A stretch of 64,000 nucleotides of DNA from Gemmatimonadaceae bacterium (GCA_051859245.1 JBHYGA010000001.1:224001-288000); one strand, 5' to 3'. Positions 1 through 10,042 are shown, numbered from the stretch's first letter. A program made the numbers and translations. Notes: generated by a model from the letters alone, not told the origin.

Positions 1-1329
1 GCCGTGTTTCTTCCGCACACGGGAGAGAAGCGCGAAGCACCCGTGGCCGGCGAACTATTCAGGCAGGCGGATCTCGCGGCCACGTTTCGCAAACTTGTGG
101 AAGCGGAACGCAATGCGCTGCGCAGCGGAAAAACGCGCAAGCAGGCAATCATGGCGGCGTATGATCGCTTCTACAAAGGCGACATCGCTGCGGAGATCGT
201 GCGTGGTGTGCAGGAAGACGGTGGACTGTTCACCATGCAGGATCTGGCCAACTGGAGTGTTCGCATTGAAGAGCCATACACCACGAATTATCGCGGTATC
301 GATGTGTACAAGTTGCCCATCTGGCAGCAAGGGCCCGTGTTGTTGCAGGCGCTCAACATCCTCGAGAACGCCGATGTAAAAGCGATGGGTTACAACAGTG
401 CGCAATACATTCACACGGTGTATCAGGCCATGAATCTGGCGTACGCCGATCGCGATTTTTATTACGGAGATCCGTACAACGGGCCCGAAGAGCCCGTGGC
501 CGGACTCATGAGCAAAGCGTACGCCAAAGCACGCTTTGCGCTCATGAGCCCCGATCTGAACGACGCGGCGGTGCGTCCCGGCGATCCGTATCCGTTTCAG
601 CAAGGTGTGAACCCGTTCACGGATATCCTGTCTCGTTGGTCGACCACCGGACCGCGCCCAGACAGCGTGCGGCGCGCAACGGCCACGTCGAGCGGGTTCA
701 GCGCCAGCGTGATGTCGAACGACAGCGCATTCCACGACGCCTTCACGCGCGGCACAACAAGTATTCAGGCTGCTGACTCAGCCGGGTGGATGGTGTCCAT
801 TACGCCGAGCGGTGGATGGATTCCGGCCGTGATTGCAGGGCGCACCGGCATCGGGTTGTCGCAACGCATGCAGTCGTTCGTACTCGACGCGGAAGACGGA
901 CCGTACAACGTGCTCGAGCCCGGCAAACGGCCGCGCGTTACGCTCACGCCAACCATTGCACTCAAAGACGGCGAACCATGGATGGCGTTTTCGGTGCAGG
1001 GCGGAGATACGCAAGATCAGGACTTACTGCAGTTCTTTCTGGCCATGGTCGAGTTTGGTCAGACGGTGCAACAAGCGGCGGAGCATCCCGGTTTTCACAG
1101 CTATCAGATGCGATCAAGCTTTGGTGCACACGAGGCGCGTCCTGGTCGCATTCAACTCAATGAACGCATTCCCGATTGGGTGCGCGATGATCTCCGCAGA
1201 CGCGGTTACACGCTTGAGTTCGCGCGTTACACGTCTGGACCGATCACCGCCATCTGGCGCGACCGAAAACACGGAACGTTGTGGGGAGCGGCCAGCAACT
1301 TCGGCGAAGACTACGGCATCGCCTGGTAA
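1..1329 (+). CDS. ggt: Gamma-glutamyltransferase family (Ntn hydrolase), 5'-truncated by the window edge
   Basis: FYKGDIA and AYADRD motifs, nucleophile GTTSIQAAD, N-x-LEPGKRPRVTLTP, and the GGDTQ oxyanion motif. Confidence 0.9.
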   Translation, partial: AVFLPHTGEKREAPVAGELFRQADLAATFRKLVEAERNALRSGKTRKQAIMAAYDRFYKGDIAAEIVRGVQEDGGLFTMQDLANWSVRIEEPYTTNYRGIDVYKLPIWQQGPVLLQALNILENADVKAMGYNSAQYIHTVYQAMNLAYADRDFYYGDPYNGPEEPVAGLMSKAYAKARFALMSPDLNDAAVRPGDPYPFQQGVNPFTDILSRWSTTGPRPDSVRRATATSSGFSASVMSNDSAFHDAFTRGTTSIQAADSAGWMVSITPSGGWIPAVIAGRTGIGLSQRMQSFVLDAEDGPYNVLEPGKRPRVTLTPTIALKDGEPWMAFSVQGGDTQDQDLLQFFLAMVEFGQTVQQAAEHPGFHSYQMRSSFGAHEARPGRIQLNERIPDWVRDDLRRRGYTLEFARYTSGPITAIWRDRKHGTLWGAASNFGEDYGIAW

Positions 1330-2570
1330 GCGAGGTGCGGCACGGCGGCTGCCAGACCAAGTTCGAGATCCTGCCAGATATCATCCACACGTTCTACGCC
1401 CACGCTCAGTCGCAGCAGTTGCTGACTGATGCCGTGGGCGGTGCGCACGTCATGATCAACCACGCGGTGCGTGAGACTGGCAGGATGCTGAATCAGTGAG
1501 TCGGTGCTGCCAAGTGACACCGCGGGCGTGATCAGTCGCAGTGCGGCCATGCACCGGGATGCCGCGTGTGCGTCATCGCTTCGGAGTTCAAAGGCCAGGG
1601 TACTGCCGGGACCAAGTAACTCGCGACCGAGCACGCCGCGCGGATCATTGGTGCCAAGGCCTGGATAATGCACGGCCGCAACGGCCTCGTGTTGCAACAG
1701 CAACTCGGCGATGCGTTGTGCATTGGATTGTGCGCGCTGCACGCGTAGCGGCAACGTTGCTAATCCACGATGCAGCAGAAACGCGGCCATGGGATGCAGC
1801 ACGCTGCCAGTGAGCAGTCGTACCTGACGCAGCGCCGCGAGCCAGGAATCATCGTTCGTGCTGATCACACCAGCAAGGACATCGCCGTGTCCGGCGAGCG
1901 CTTTCGTGGCGCTGTGCAGCACGAGCGTTGCGCCATGTTCCAGTGGCCGCAGCAGAATCGGCGTGGCGAAGGTGGCGTCTACCATCACGGGCACACCGTT
2001 AGCCTGCGCGACGACATCGGCGATGTCCACGAGCTGCAGCGTTGGATTGGCGGGCGTTTCGATCAGCACGAGTGATGTGTCGGCTTCGATCGCATCGCGA
2101 ACGCCGTCCGGTTCCGTGAACGTCACGCGCAGACCAAGCATGCCGCTGGCCAGCAGGTGATCGGCGCTGCCATACAGCGGACGTACCGCGACCACGTGTG
2201 ATCCGCGTGCACGAGCGGCGAGCAACGCTGCAGTGTACGCGGCCATGCCAGAGGCAAAGGCCACCGTGGCATTGGCGCCTTCGAGCGCGGCGATCGCGGA
2301 CTCGGCGCGGGCGACGGTGGGATTGTACAACCGACTGTAGATGGCGGATCCGATGGGCAGGCCGCCTGCGACCATGGCGTCGATGGACGCGACGCCGGCC
2401 TCGAGATCCGGCACGGGATAGGTGCTGGAGAAGTCGAGTGGCGGGGCGTGTACGCCGAGCGCCGCGAAGTCTTCGCGGCCGGCGTGTACGGCGATGGTGT
2501 CGGGGTGGGCGCCGTCGGCGGCGTGGTGACGTGCGGGTGACGCCGAGGCTGGCTTGTTGTAAGGGCTCAT
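1311..2570 (-). CDS. PLP-dependent Cys/Met metabolism enzyme (methionine gamma-lyase / cystathionine gamma-synthase family)
   Basis: YSRLYNPT, FASGMAA, ETPANP, DATFATP, HSATKALAGHGD (PLP Lys), SLG, LLRLSVG. Start moved to ATG 2570 because the track's upstream extension overlaps the Lrp gene. Confidence 0.9.
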   Translation of the reverse strand: MSPYNKPASASPARHHAADGAHPDTIAVHAGREDFAALGVHAPPLDFSSTYPVPDLEAGVASIDAMVAGGLPIGSAIYSRLYNPTVARAESAIAALEGANATVAFASGMAAYTAALLAARARGSHVVAVRPLYGSADHLLASGMLGLRVTFTEPDGVRDAIEADTSLVLIETPANPTLQLVDIADVVAQANGVPVMVDATFATPILLRPLEHGATLVLHSATKALAGHGDVLAGVISTNDDSWLAALRQVRLLTGSVLHPMAAFLLHRGLATLPLRVQRAQSNAQRIAELLLQHEAVAAVHYPGLGTNDPRGVLGRELLGPGSTLAFELRSDDAHAASRCMAALRLITPAVSLGSTDSLIQHPASLTHRVVDHDVRTAHGISQQLLRLSVGVERVDDIWQDLELGLAAAVPHLAYQAMP

Positions 2571-2608
2571 ACGGCTAAATTGGCATGATATTCGTCCTTG
2601 GAGAATAA

Positions 2609-3121
2609 ATGCCGCAGAACATTCGGTACGAGCAGGATCGTGAGCCCCTCGACCGCATTGACCACGCCTTGGTGACCCTCTTGCAGCAGAATGCTCGGCT
2701 GAGCAACAAACAGCTTGCCGCGCGCGTGGGGTTGGCCGAGTCCAGCACGCTGACCCGAGTGCGACGGCTGGAAGAGCGAGGTGTGTTACTCGGCTATCAC
2801 GCCGAGGTCGCACCGTGGGCCAAAGGGATCGCCCTGCAGGCGCTGGTGGCGGTGCGGTTGGCCCGGCACGCGCGCGACGTCGTTGAGCGCTTCCAGGAGC
2901 ACTGCCGCGGACTCCCGCAGGTGCTCGCGGCGTACAACATTGGCGGATCAGACGACTTTCTGGTGCACGTGGGCGTCGCCGATTCCGATGCCTTGCGCGA
3001 ACTGATTCTGACATCGATCAGCACGCGCCCCGAGGTCACGCACATTGAGACGCATCTCATTTTCGATATGGTGCGCGGCGCTGCGGCGGTGGGTTCTGAG
3101 GTGCCGCGACGTGCGCGCTAG
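2609..3121 (+). CDS. Lrp/AsnC family transcriptional regulator
   Basis: LDRID..LQQNARLSNKQLAARVGL HTH followed by a RAM domain; GGAG RBS; divergent from the PLP lyase with a 38-bp gap. Confidence 0.93.
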   Translation: MPQNIRYEQDREPLDRIDHALVTLLQQNARLSNKQLAARVGLAESSTLTRVRRLEERGVLLGYHAEVAPWAKGIALQALVAVRLARHARDVVERFQEHCRGLPQVLAAYNIGGSDDFLVHVGVADSDALRELILTSISTRPEVTHIETHLIFDMVRGAAAVGSEVPRRAR

Positions 3122-3136
3122 GCCACCTCGCGCTCG

Positions 3137-5680
3137 TCAGAAACGCGCGCGCAATCCCAGCGCAATTGATCGACCCGGAAGGATCGTGATGTTGTCCGGC
3201 TCGCCCGTCTGGTAATCGAGCAGGTTTTCTCCCGTCACGATCAATGTGAGGGCGCCAGGCAACGCGCGCATGAACGACGCGTGCACGCGCGTGACACCAT
3301 CGTACGGAATCCACAACTGTCGAAGTGCAGGCCCTGCCAGCGCAGTGGCCGGCCGTCCGGGCGTGACAAATGTTTGCGCTGCCGCGATGCGATCGTATCC
3401 AATCCAGTCCGCTACTCGCGTCGCGCCAACCGACGCGTTCCACGGACCATCGTCAAAACGCAGCGACAGGCCGAGTGTTTGCGCTGGTACGTCGAGCATG
3501 CGATCGCCAACGCGCAACTCGCCAGTGTAGCCTCGTCGGATCGCGAGCACCCGACTGGCCACGTGCGTGAACGAACTCTGCACGACAAACGCGCCGGCGC
3601 GCACGCGGCCTTCCACTTCCCAGCCACTGTTGCTGATGGCTCCAACGTTCTGCAACTGATACGCGATGTTCCGGTTGAGCGGATCATTTGTGCGCGGCTG
3701 CGTGGGCGGTTCACTCGGTGCAATCACGCTGACCGGTTGCACGAGCCCGCTCGCGCGCTGATCGAACCGTGTGACATGCAGCGTGGTGTGACCGCCAATA
3801 AACACATCGGCTCCAAACTCGGTACCGGCTTGCGATTCAGGTTCGAGCGCGTCGTTGGGCAGCAGGCGATCGCGAGCGAGCGTTGAGCCGCCAACCGTCA
3901 CGCGTGGTGGCCGGATGCCTTTTCCGTAAGCCGCGCGAACCTTAAACGTGTTCCCGGCGTGATCGCGAACGTACGACGCGCCCACCATGGGCAACAAGGA
4001 CACGAGCGGCTCCGCGACAAAGCCGGCGCTTCGCTCAGCGCGAGTGCCGGCGGTGACGAACACACGGTTTTTCCATGCAAGGTCGAATTGTGTGACAAGG
4101 CCGGTGGTTTGTCGCCACACATCAGTAGCGGCCGCGCTTTGCGTGACTGGGCCCGGACGAGCAAGAATGCCGTTCGACGTGGACTCGAAGAGCAGCGCAT
4201 GCTCGCCAGCGAACGTGAGCGTGCGCTGCCACAACGAGTCCGACCACACGGCGGCGGAACTCACGCGCATGGACGTGCGTGTGGCGGATCCCTCGGCCGC
4301 ACGCAGCGCGGAATCAGACGCGGAGGGCAACGGTGTCAAACCGCCGGACGAACCGTTGAGTGCGTACGTGTCGAGGCCAAGCAGTGCGCGATGCGTCCAG
4401 CGGGCATTGGGATAGAACGTGCCCGACACGCCGCCGGTGAACTGTTGCAGCGATTGCCGAGCGGTTCGCACCAGCTGCAATCGCCGCGCGAGTGAGTCGC
4501 GATATGAACGCTCGAAACGCAACATGCCAGGTCGACGCACACTATCCGGAACGGCAAAGGCATCACCAACGGCCTCTACCAGAATCGGATTGCTCGACGA
4601 CGCCACATCGGCCAGCACAAGTCGTGCGGTCACCTCGGAGAGCGAACGAGCCCCGATGGCACGCGCCCGTCCGCTCGCCGTGATGTGCTGACTCTCCGCG
4701 GCGGGCACAAACGCACCGAGTCGTGACACGGAAAGTGCTCCGGACGCGGCGCGGGATACGGTGCCGCCCTGACCACTGATGCTGAGTTCCTGTCCGAAGG
4801 TGCCGGACGACGCGTACGCACTGTTCACCAGTCCACTCTGCGCGCGCACGTTGAGTGCCGCTGTTTCGTTTCGCTGCGATGGCTGCCGCGTTACGACGTG
4901 TAGTACACCACTGATCGCGTCAGTACCGTACAACGCAGCACCTTGCGGGCCGCGCAGTACTTCCAGTCGTTCAATACTCTCCGCCGGCAGATGCGACACA
5001 ACCAGCGGGTTCGCGACTTCCACTCCGTCCACATACACTTTGGGGTAGCTCACACCGAACGAACTCGCACCGCGAATGCTGCCATATCGCGTGAGCAGCG
5101 AGGTGGGTGACTGCTGCCACAACCAGACGCCCGGCACCACGCCATTAAGAAACTCGCTCATGTCGCCACGCGATTGGGCTTCAAGCGTGCTGCCGTCAAC
5201 TACGCCGAGTGTAACGCTGAGGCCGCGTTGTGCATTGCCGGTGGCCGATCCAGTCACCACCACACGTTCAAGGGGCGCCGCGCGTACACTCGGCGCCATG
5301 CGTGACTCAGGCGTGCGCGGCGCAAGGACCACAAGCTCCGGCGACGCGACACGCGGTGCGACGTTATCGCTACCAAGTAACTGTGTGATAGCATCGCCAA
5401 GAGTGGTTCGCACGACATCCAGACATACGCGACGTTCCGGTGAGATCAACGCGTCGGAGTAGGTGATGCGAACGCGCGCCGCCGCCGACACACGATCGAG
5501 TGCGTCACGCAGCGACAGCACGCCGCCGCGCACAGAGATCGTACGGTTGAGCGGTTCGGGCCACTGCTGCTGCCTTGGCGCGACAACCGCTCTGCACTCA
5601 ACCGTGGTACGCGCGCTCGCGTGAACGCGTGACGGGGTGAGCGTCAGTAACGCGCACGCTACCAGTAAAGTCTGTCGCAC
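3137..5680 (-). CDS. TonB-dependent outer-membrane receptor with N-terminal signalling (STN-like) extension
   Basis: Signal peptide, TonB box (VVVTG), plug motifs YVDGV..IERLEVLRGPQGAALYG, LEPE, C-terminal Phe; lies downstream of fecR. Confidence 0.9.
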   Translation of the reverse strand: MRQTLLVACALLTLTPSRVHASARTTVECRAVVAPRQQQWPEPLNRTISVRGGVLSLRDALDRVSAAARVRITYSDALISPERRVCLDVVRTTLGDAITQLLGSDNVAPRVASPELVVLAPRTPESRMAPSVRAAPLERVVVTGSATGNAQRGLSVTLGVVDGSTLEAQSRGDMSEFLNGVVPGVWLWQQSPTSLLTRYGSIRGASSFGVSYPKVYVDGVEVANPLVVSHLPAESIERLEVLRGPQGAALYGTDAISGVLHVVTRQPSQRNETAALNVRAQSGLVNSAYASSGTFGQELSISGQGGTVSRAASGALSVSRLGAFVPAAESQHITASGRARAIGARSLSEVTARLVLADVASSSNPILVEAVGDAFAVPDSVRRPGMLRFERSYRDSLARRLQLVRTARQSLQQFTGGVSGTFYPNARWTHRALLGLDTYALNGSSGGLTPLPSASDSALRAAEGSATRTSMRVSSAAVWSDSLWQRTLTFAGEHALLFESTSNGILARPGPVTQSAAATDVWRQTTGLVTQFDLAWKNRVFVTAGTRAERSAGFVAEPLVSLLPMVGASYVRDHAGNTFKVRAAYGKGIRPPRVTVGGSTLARDRLLPNDALEPESQAGTEFGADVFIGGHTTLHVTRFDQRASGLVQPVSVIAPSEPPTQPRTNDPLNRNIAYQLQNVGAISNSGWEVEGRVRAGAFVVQSSFTHVASRVLAIRRGYTGELRVGDRMLDVPAQTLGLSLRFDDGPWNASVGATRVADWIGYDRIAAAQTFVTPGRPATALAGPALRQLWIPYDGVTRVHASFMRALPGALTLIVTGENLLDYQTGEPDNITILPGRSIALGLRARF

Positions 5681-5688
5681 AGACGCGA

Positions 5689-6801
5689 CTATCGCGGTGT
5701 GCGGCCAGCGCCGCCCATGCGCAAGCGCACCGTGTCGCGGTGGGTGACACGCTCCGCACCATAGGAGAGCGCGATCGTCTCGAGCACGGTTTCCTTCGGT
5801 TCGTTCGTGAACGTGGCGGTCAGGCGCGACGCACGCACGTTGCTATCGGCTTGCAACACAATGCCGTGCCACCGACGCAGTGCACTCGCCACATCTTCGA
5901 ACACCGCGTCACGAAACACAAGCGAACCGGTTGTCCAGGCCGTTGCGTCGTCTACAGCAACTGTTTCCTTGCGGGCCGTTCCGCTGGCGAGATCAAGCAC
6001 GCCAGCATCGCCCGCTGCCAGTTCGAGCGTGCGCGTGGGCGTGCTGTCGGCCGCCAGTGTGACGCGACCGTTGGTCACGGCCACGAGCACGCCGCGCGCA
6101 TCGTCACTTCGTACGGTGAACGCGGTGCCAAGGTCAACGATGACTGCCGGGCCCGCATGCACAGTGAAGGCCGCCGCTTGTCCCGGCGCCACATCAAAGT
6201 AGCCGTCACCGACAAGCGTCACGCTACGACGTTCGAATCCGTAGTCGGCTGCGTAGCGGAGCGTACTGGCGGGGCCGAGGATCACGCGTGTTCCATCCGG
6301 CAGTCGCATGGAATCGCGCTCGCCAACGTCGGTCGCGAACAGCTGCATCTGTGCCGTTGCGTTTGCGGCGATATTCCGTGTGTCACCAGTGGGCGATGTA
6401 CGCGACACAAACCAGGCGCCAGCCACAACGAGCACAGCGGCCGCGGCCGCATATTTTCGCAGCGGTGATACACGATGAATGGGCGTGACTTTTGCCGACT
6501 CCTCGCGCACCGCTCGCCGCGAATGATCAGCCTCGGATATTCCCGCCGGAGCCAGCGACCGCCGCGCCAGTACTGCGGCCAGCGCACTCTCCGTATCAAC
6601 CGGCGTTTGCAACTCCGCGCCGAGTGATGACGCCGCGGCGTTGACCGCCTCGGCGACTCGCAGGTCGTCCGGATGCGCCGCCAACCATTCGCTCACTCGT
6701 GCCGCTTCCGCTGGATCAGACGCGCCCGCGAAAAAACGACCGAGCAGTTCCCAATCGGGCGCGTCGGACGGCGGAGCAGGAGGCGTTGGTTCAGGCGTCA
6801 T
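5689..6801 (-). CDS. fecR: FecR-family anti-sigma factor
   Basis: N-terminal W..WL helix, one TM, LPDGTRVILGPAS, DLGTAFTV, AWTTGSLVF. Confidence 0.92.
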   Translation of the reverse strand: MTPEPTPPAPPSDAPDWELLGRFFAGASDPAEAARVSEWLAAHPDDLRVAEAVNAAASSLGAELQTPVDTESALAAVLARRSLAPAGISEADHSRRAVREESAKVTPIHRVSPLRKYAAAAAVLVVAGAWFVSRTSPTGDTRNIAANATAQMQLFATDVGERDSMRLPDGTRVILGPASTLRYAADYGFERRSVTLVGDGYFDVAPGQAAAFTVHAGPAVIVDLGTAFTVRSDDARGVLVAVTNGRVTLAADSTPTRTLELAAGDAGVLDLASGTARKETVAVDDATAWTTGSLVFRDAVFEDVASALRRWHGIVLQADSNVRASRLTATFTNEPKETVLETIALSYGAERVTHRDTVRLRMGGAGRTPR

Positions 6802-6810
6802 TTGCCAGAA

Positions 6811-6836
6811 TACACGGGAATCGCCCGAGACCCTAC
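6811..6836 (-). promoter_or_regulatory. Putative ECF sigma promoter for fecR-TonB receptor (GTAGGGT-N13-CGTGTA)
   Basis: Identical bipartite motif with identical spacing also at 7531-7556; ends 9 nt before the fecR ATG. Confidence 0.75.
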
Positions 6837-6943
6837 CCCGGACGTACGACAGCGATCGCTCGATGTTAACGCCTGTGTGCTGCGCTCGCGACCTCTCGAT
6901 ACTACTATGTAGGCGACTGAGGGTCCGGCTCTTTCACCCACGC

Positions 6944-7501
6944 ATGTCCCACGAACGCGACCTGCTCCAGCAACTTACCGAGGGCAATGAATCAGCATAC
7001 GCAACCGTGTTTCGTACATGGTATGCGCCGCTGGTTCGTTTTCTCGATGCCATGTTGCGTCAGCGTGATGAAGCAGAAGAAGTGGCGCAGGAGGTGATGC
7101 TGGAGCTGTGGGAACATCGCACGACGATCGATCCGGAACGACCGGTGCAGGCGTGGTTGTTTCGCGCCGCTCGTAATCGCGCGTTGAACGTGCTGCGACA
7201 CCGCAATGTGCGCGCCGTTGCGGCGCCGGGAATTGCGCTGCTGTCCAGCGCGCCCACGCCGAGCGACGTCGCCGCGACCGAACATGAAATGCAGGCCGCA
7301 TTGCACGAAGCGTTGGCCGACCTGCCTCCGCGTTGTCGCGAGGTGTTTGCGCTGAGCCGGGCAGACGGTCTCAAGAACGCGGAAATCGCCGCCAAGCTCG
7401 GCGTATCGATCAAGGCGGTGGAAGCGCAGATGGCTCGCGCGTTGCGAGCGCTCCGAGAACGCATGCGGCCGTGGATGCCTCCCGGCAACACACACATCTG
7501 A
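6944..7501 (+). CDS. ECF RNA polymerase sigma-70 factor (FecI-like, anti-sigma coupled)
   Basis: Region 2 AEEVAQEVMLELW..WLFRAARN; region 4 LPPRCREVFALSR..EIAAKLGVS.KAVE. Confidence 0.93.
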   Translation: MSHERDLLQQLTEGNESAYATVFRTWYAPLVRFLDAMLRQRDEAEEVAQEVMLELWEHRTTIDPERPVQAWLFRAARNRALNVLRHRNVRAVAAPGIALLSSAPTPSDVAATEHEMQAALHEALADLPPRCREVFALSRADGLKNAEIAAKLGVSIKAVEAQMARALRALRERMRPWMPPGNTHI

Positions 7502-7530
7502 GCGTACGCCGTTCGCGCCGGTTGTACGAT

Positions 7531-7556
7531 GTAGGGTGCGCAGCGCTTCGCGTGTA
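7531..7556 (+). promoter_or_regulatory. Putative ECF sigma promoter for the lipoprotein gene (GTAGGGT-N13-CGTGTA)
   Basis: Exact match of both boxes and the 13-nt spacer with the fecR promoter. Confidence 0.75.
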
Positions 7557-7629
7557 ATACTCCCGAACCTGCTGCGCGCGTTGGTCGCGGATGTCCCGCG
7601 CACGTGACAGCGAACACCGGAGCTCACAC

Positions 7630-8607
7630 ATGTCCTTTACAGAAGTGCAGTTCGTGTCTGGCGCGCGTCGCACCAGTGCGTTGCGTCGGAGCGCCCTTTC
7701 CGCCAGCGCGTTCATGCTTGTGTCGCTGGCCGCATGCGATCTCGGCGTGACCAACAACAGCGAGACTGCCGAAACGCTGCTCGCCGAGGCCGTGAACACA
7801 ACGCCCGTCGGTTTCTCCATGACCGAAAACAGTTACGCTGGCGCAGAAAGTGATTCATGGCGGCCGATGCGTCGTCGTCACGGTGGACGTGGTGGCCCCT
7901 TCGGTTCGGCGTTTGGTGCGACAGGATTTATGGGCGGTGGACTGAACGCGGATTTTGCGCACGGACAGGGATTCCGCGCGGGTGTCGCACGCGGACCGTT
8001 TGGCGGCGATTTTAATGCCGACTCGTGCGCGTTCAGTGCCGCGACCGGCAAGATTTCGTGCGGTCCAACGACCGATCGCCGCGGTTTGACGAGTGAGCGT
8101 TGGGTGATCTACACCGACATCAATGGTGCGGCGCAAGCGCGTCCGGATTCCACAACCGCCAAGATGCAAACGCACGCCGAAGTGTCAGGCACCGTCACTG
8201 TTCGCGACAGCTCAACACGCACCGTGCGCCACGTCAGTGATCGCACGATAACCGGACTGCAGGCGGGCAGTACGCAGCGCACGATCAACGGTTCGTCGAA
8301 CGGCACAGAAACGGTGAACGGATTCAATGCCGAAGGCGCTTTCACGGCCAATCGCACGGTGTCTGATCTGACCGAAGGCCTGGTGATCCCGGTTCGCACC
8401 GATGGACGCAGCTATCCGACCGCTGGCAAAGTCACGCGCAGCATGACCGTGGCGGTGACCGTCGCTGGTGGCGAAACCGAAACGGCCACGTGGAAAGAGG
8501 TACTCACCTACGACGGTACCGCTACCGCCAGCTTGGTGATCACGCGCAACGGCACCACGAGAACCTGCGCTGTTCCGCTCCCCGCGGGCCGCCCCGTTTG
8601 CGAGTAG
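7630..8607 (+). CDS. Hypothetical lipoprotein, Thr-rich beta-strand protein
   Basis: GGAG RBS, lipobox LAAC, Gly-rich segment, C-terminal Cys pair. Confidence 0.75.
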   Translation: MSFTEVQFVSGARRTSALRRSALSASAFMLVSLAACDLGVTNNSETAETLLAEAVNTTPVGFSMTENSYAGAESDSWRPMRRRHGGRGGPFGSAFGATGFMGGGLNADFAHGQGFRAGVARGPFGGDFNADSCAFSAATGKISCGPTTDRRGLTSERWVIYTDINGAAQARPDSTTAKMQTHAEVSGTVTVRDSSTRTVRHVSDRTITGLQAGSTQRTINGSSNGTETVNGFNAEGAFTANRTVSDLTEGLVIPVRTDGRSYPTAGKVTRSMTVAVTVAGGETETATWKEVLTYDGTATASLVITRNGTTRTCAVPLPAGRPVCE

Positions 8608-8666
8608 AAAGCGTGAGCAGCGCGGTGGCGTAGCGCGCAGACACTCCCTCGGACATCGCGCAAAGA

Positions 8667-8700
8667 GCGCCCCATTCGCCATCGCGAGTGGGGCGTTTTT
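8667..8700 (+). terminator. Intrinsic terminator
   Basis: gcgccccattcgc-catc-gcgagtggggcgt stem followed by a T run. Confidence 0.8.
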
Positions 8701-8761
8701 GCTGCGGAATGCAATCCCTAGCGATTCGCTCGGAATTGATTTAGAATTCGATTCTGTTCTT

Positions 8762-8776
8762 TGAGAACCGTTCTCA
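8762..8776. promoter_or_regulatory. Fur-like box, perfect 7-1-7 inverted repeat TGAGAAC-C-GTTCTCA
   Basis: Matches the Fur 7-1-7 geometry; 16 nt upstream of the PepSY-TM gene. Confidence 0.7.
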
Positions 8777-8792
8777 TTTCACAATTCCAGCC

Positions 8793-10028
8793 GTGCGTTC
8801 TTCGCTCGCCATCCTCCGCCGCGTCGTGTTCTGGTCGCATCTCGTGCTTGGCGTTTCTGCCAGCCTCGTGATCCTGCTCATGTCCGTGACCGGCGTGCTT
8901 CTGGGGTTTGAACGGCAAGTCATCGCGTTGGTGGACGGCGCGCCTCGCGTGACGGTGGCCGATGCACCGCGGTTGCCGCTCGACACGCTCCTGTCGCGGG
9001 CCGGCATTGCTCGCGCCGAAGTGGCTTCGATCGCAGTGCGGGCGCGAGCCGAAGAGCCAGCGATTGTGCGGTTCCGCGATCGCGAGCGCACGGCGCTGAC
9101 ATTGGATCCGTACACGGGTCAGTCCATCAAGGTGCGAACCGACGGCAAGGCGCGTGCGTGGATGGCATCGCTCAGACGGTGGCACCGCTGGATCGGCGCC
9201 GAGAACGGCGAGCTGCGCACGCAGCTCAAGGCGGTGACAGGGGCTGCGAATCTCGCGTTTCTCGTCATTGTGGTGAGCGGCTTGTGGCTCTGGTGGCCGC
9301 GCAACTGGAATTTGAAAGCGCTCCGCTCGGTGCTCTGGTTTCGGCGCGGACTGTCGCCGAAAGCGCGCGACTTCAACTGGCACAATACGATTGGTTTCTG
9401 GTCGCTTATTCCGCTCTTTGTTGTCGTGGCCAGCGGCGTTTTCATTTCGTATCGCTGGCCTGGGTTGTGGCTTGATCGGGCGCTTGGTTCAGCGCAGGAA
9501 AAAGCGGCGGCGGTCGCAGCACTGAATGAACAATCGTCCCCGCGCGCGGAGAATGCGGAATCGGCTCCGCGAGGTGGCTCAGCAACGCAGCGAACCGCCG
9601 ACAGCAACGCCGAAGCGCCCGCCGATTCCACGATGGCACTGCCCGCGCAGGCCCCACTGTACGGTTACTTCGCGGTGGCAACACAACAGGTTCCCGATTG
9701 GCAATCGCTCACAATCACGCTGCCCGACGTCGCGGATACCACCGCCACTTTGGCTGTGGCCGAAGGCAATACGTACCGACCGGATTTGCGCACCACGCTG
9801 GTTGTTGACGCGAGCACCAGCGAGGTTCGCGAGGTGCGAGACTACACCAGTCTGAGCGCCAGTCGTCAGATTCGCGCGTGGGTACGCTTCGGGCACACGG
9901 GTGAAGTGTTCGGACTGGCCGGCCAGACGTTGGCCACACTCGTGACCCTTGGGTCAGTGGTGCTGGTGTGGACCGGGATCGCGCTTTCCTGGCGACGCCT
10001 GCTCGCGTGGTGGCATCGCGCGCGCTGA
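8793..10028 (+). CDS. PepSY-associated TM helix protein (iron-regulated membrane protein)
   Basis: FWSHL..SVTG, LDPYTG, RRWHRW, SGLWLWWP, NWHNTIG, GHTGE motifs. Confidence 0.9.
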   Translation: MRSSLAILRRVVFWSHLVLGVSASLVILLMSVTGVLLGFERQVIALVDGAPRVTVADAPRLPLDTLLSRAGIARAEVASIAVRARAEEPAIVRFRDRERTALTLDPYTGQSIKVRTDGKARAWMASLRRWHRWIGAENGELRTQLKAVTGAANLAFLVIVVSGLWLWWPRNWNLKALRSVLWFRRGLSPKARDFNWHNTIGFWSLIPLFVVVASGVFISYRWPGLWLDRALGSAQEKAAAVAALNEQSSPRAENAESAPRGGSATQRTADSNAEAPADSTMALPAQAPLYGYFAVATQQVPDWQSLTITLPDVADTTATLAVAEGNTYRPDLRTTLVVDASTSEVREVRDYTSLSASRQIRAWVRFGHTGEVFGLAGQTLATLVTLGSVVLVWTGIALSWRRLLAWWHRAR

Positions 10029-10042
10029 GTCGTCTTGGGTGC

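Noticed and set aside
2571..3014. N-terminal extension of the PLP lyase in the ORF track
   Set aside because: Overlaps the Lrp gene on the opposite strand and is low-information Arg/Pro/Ala sequence
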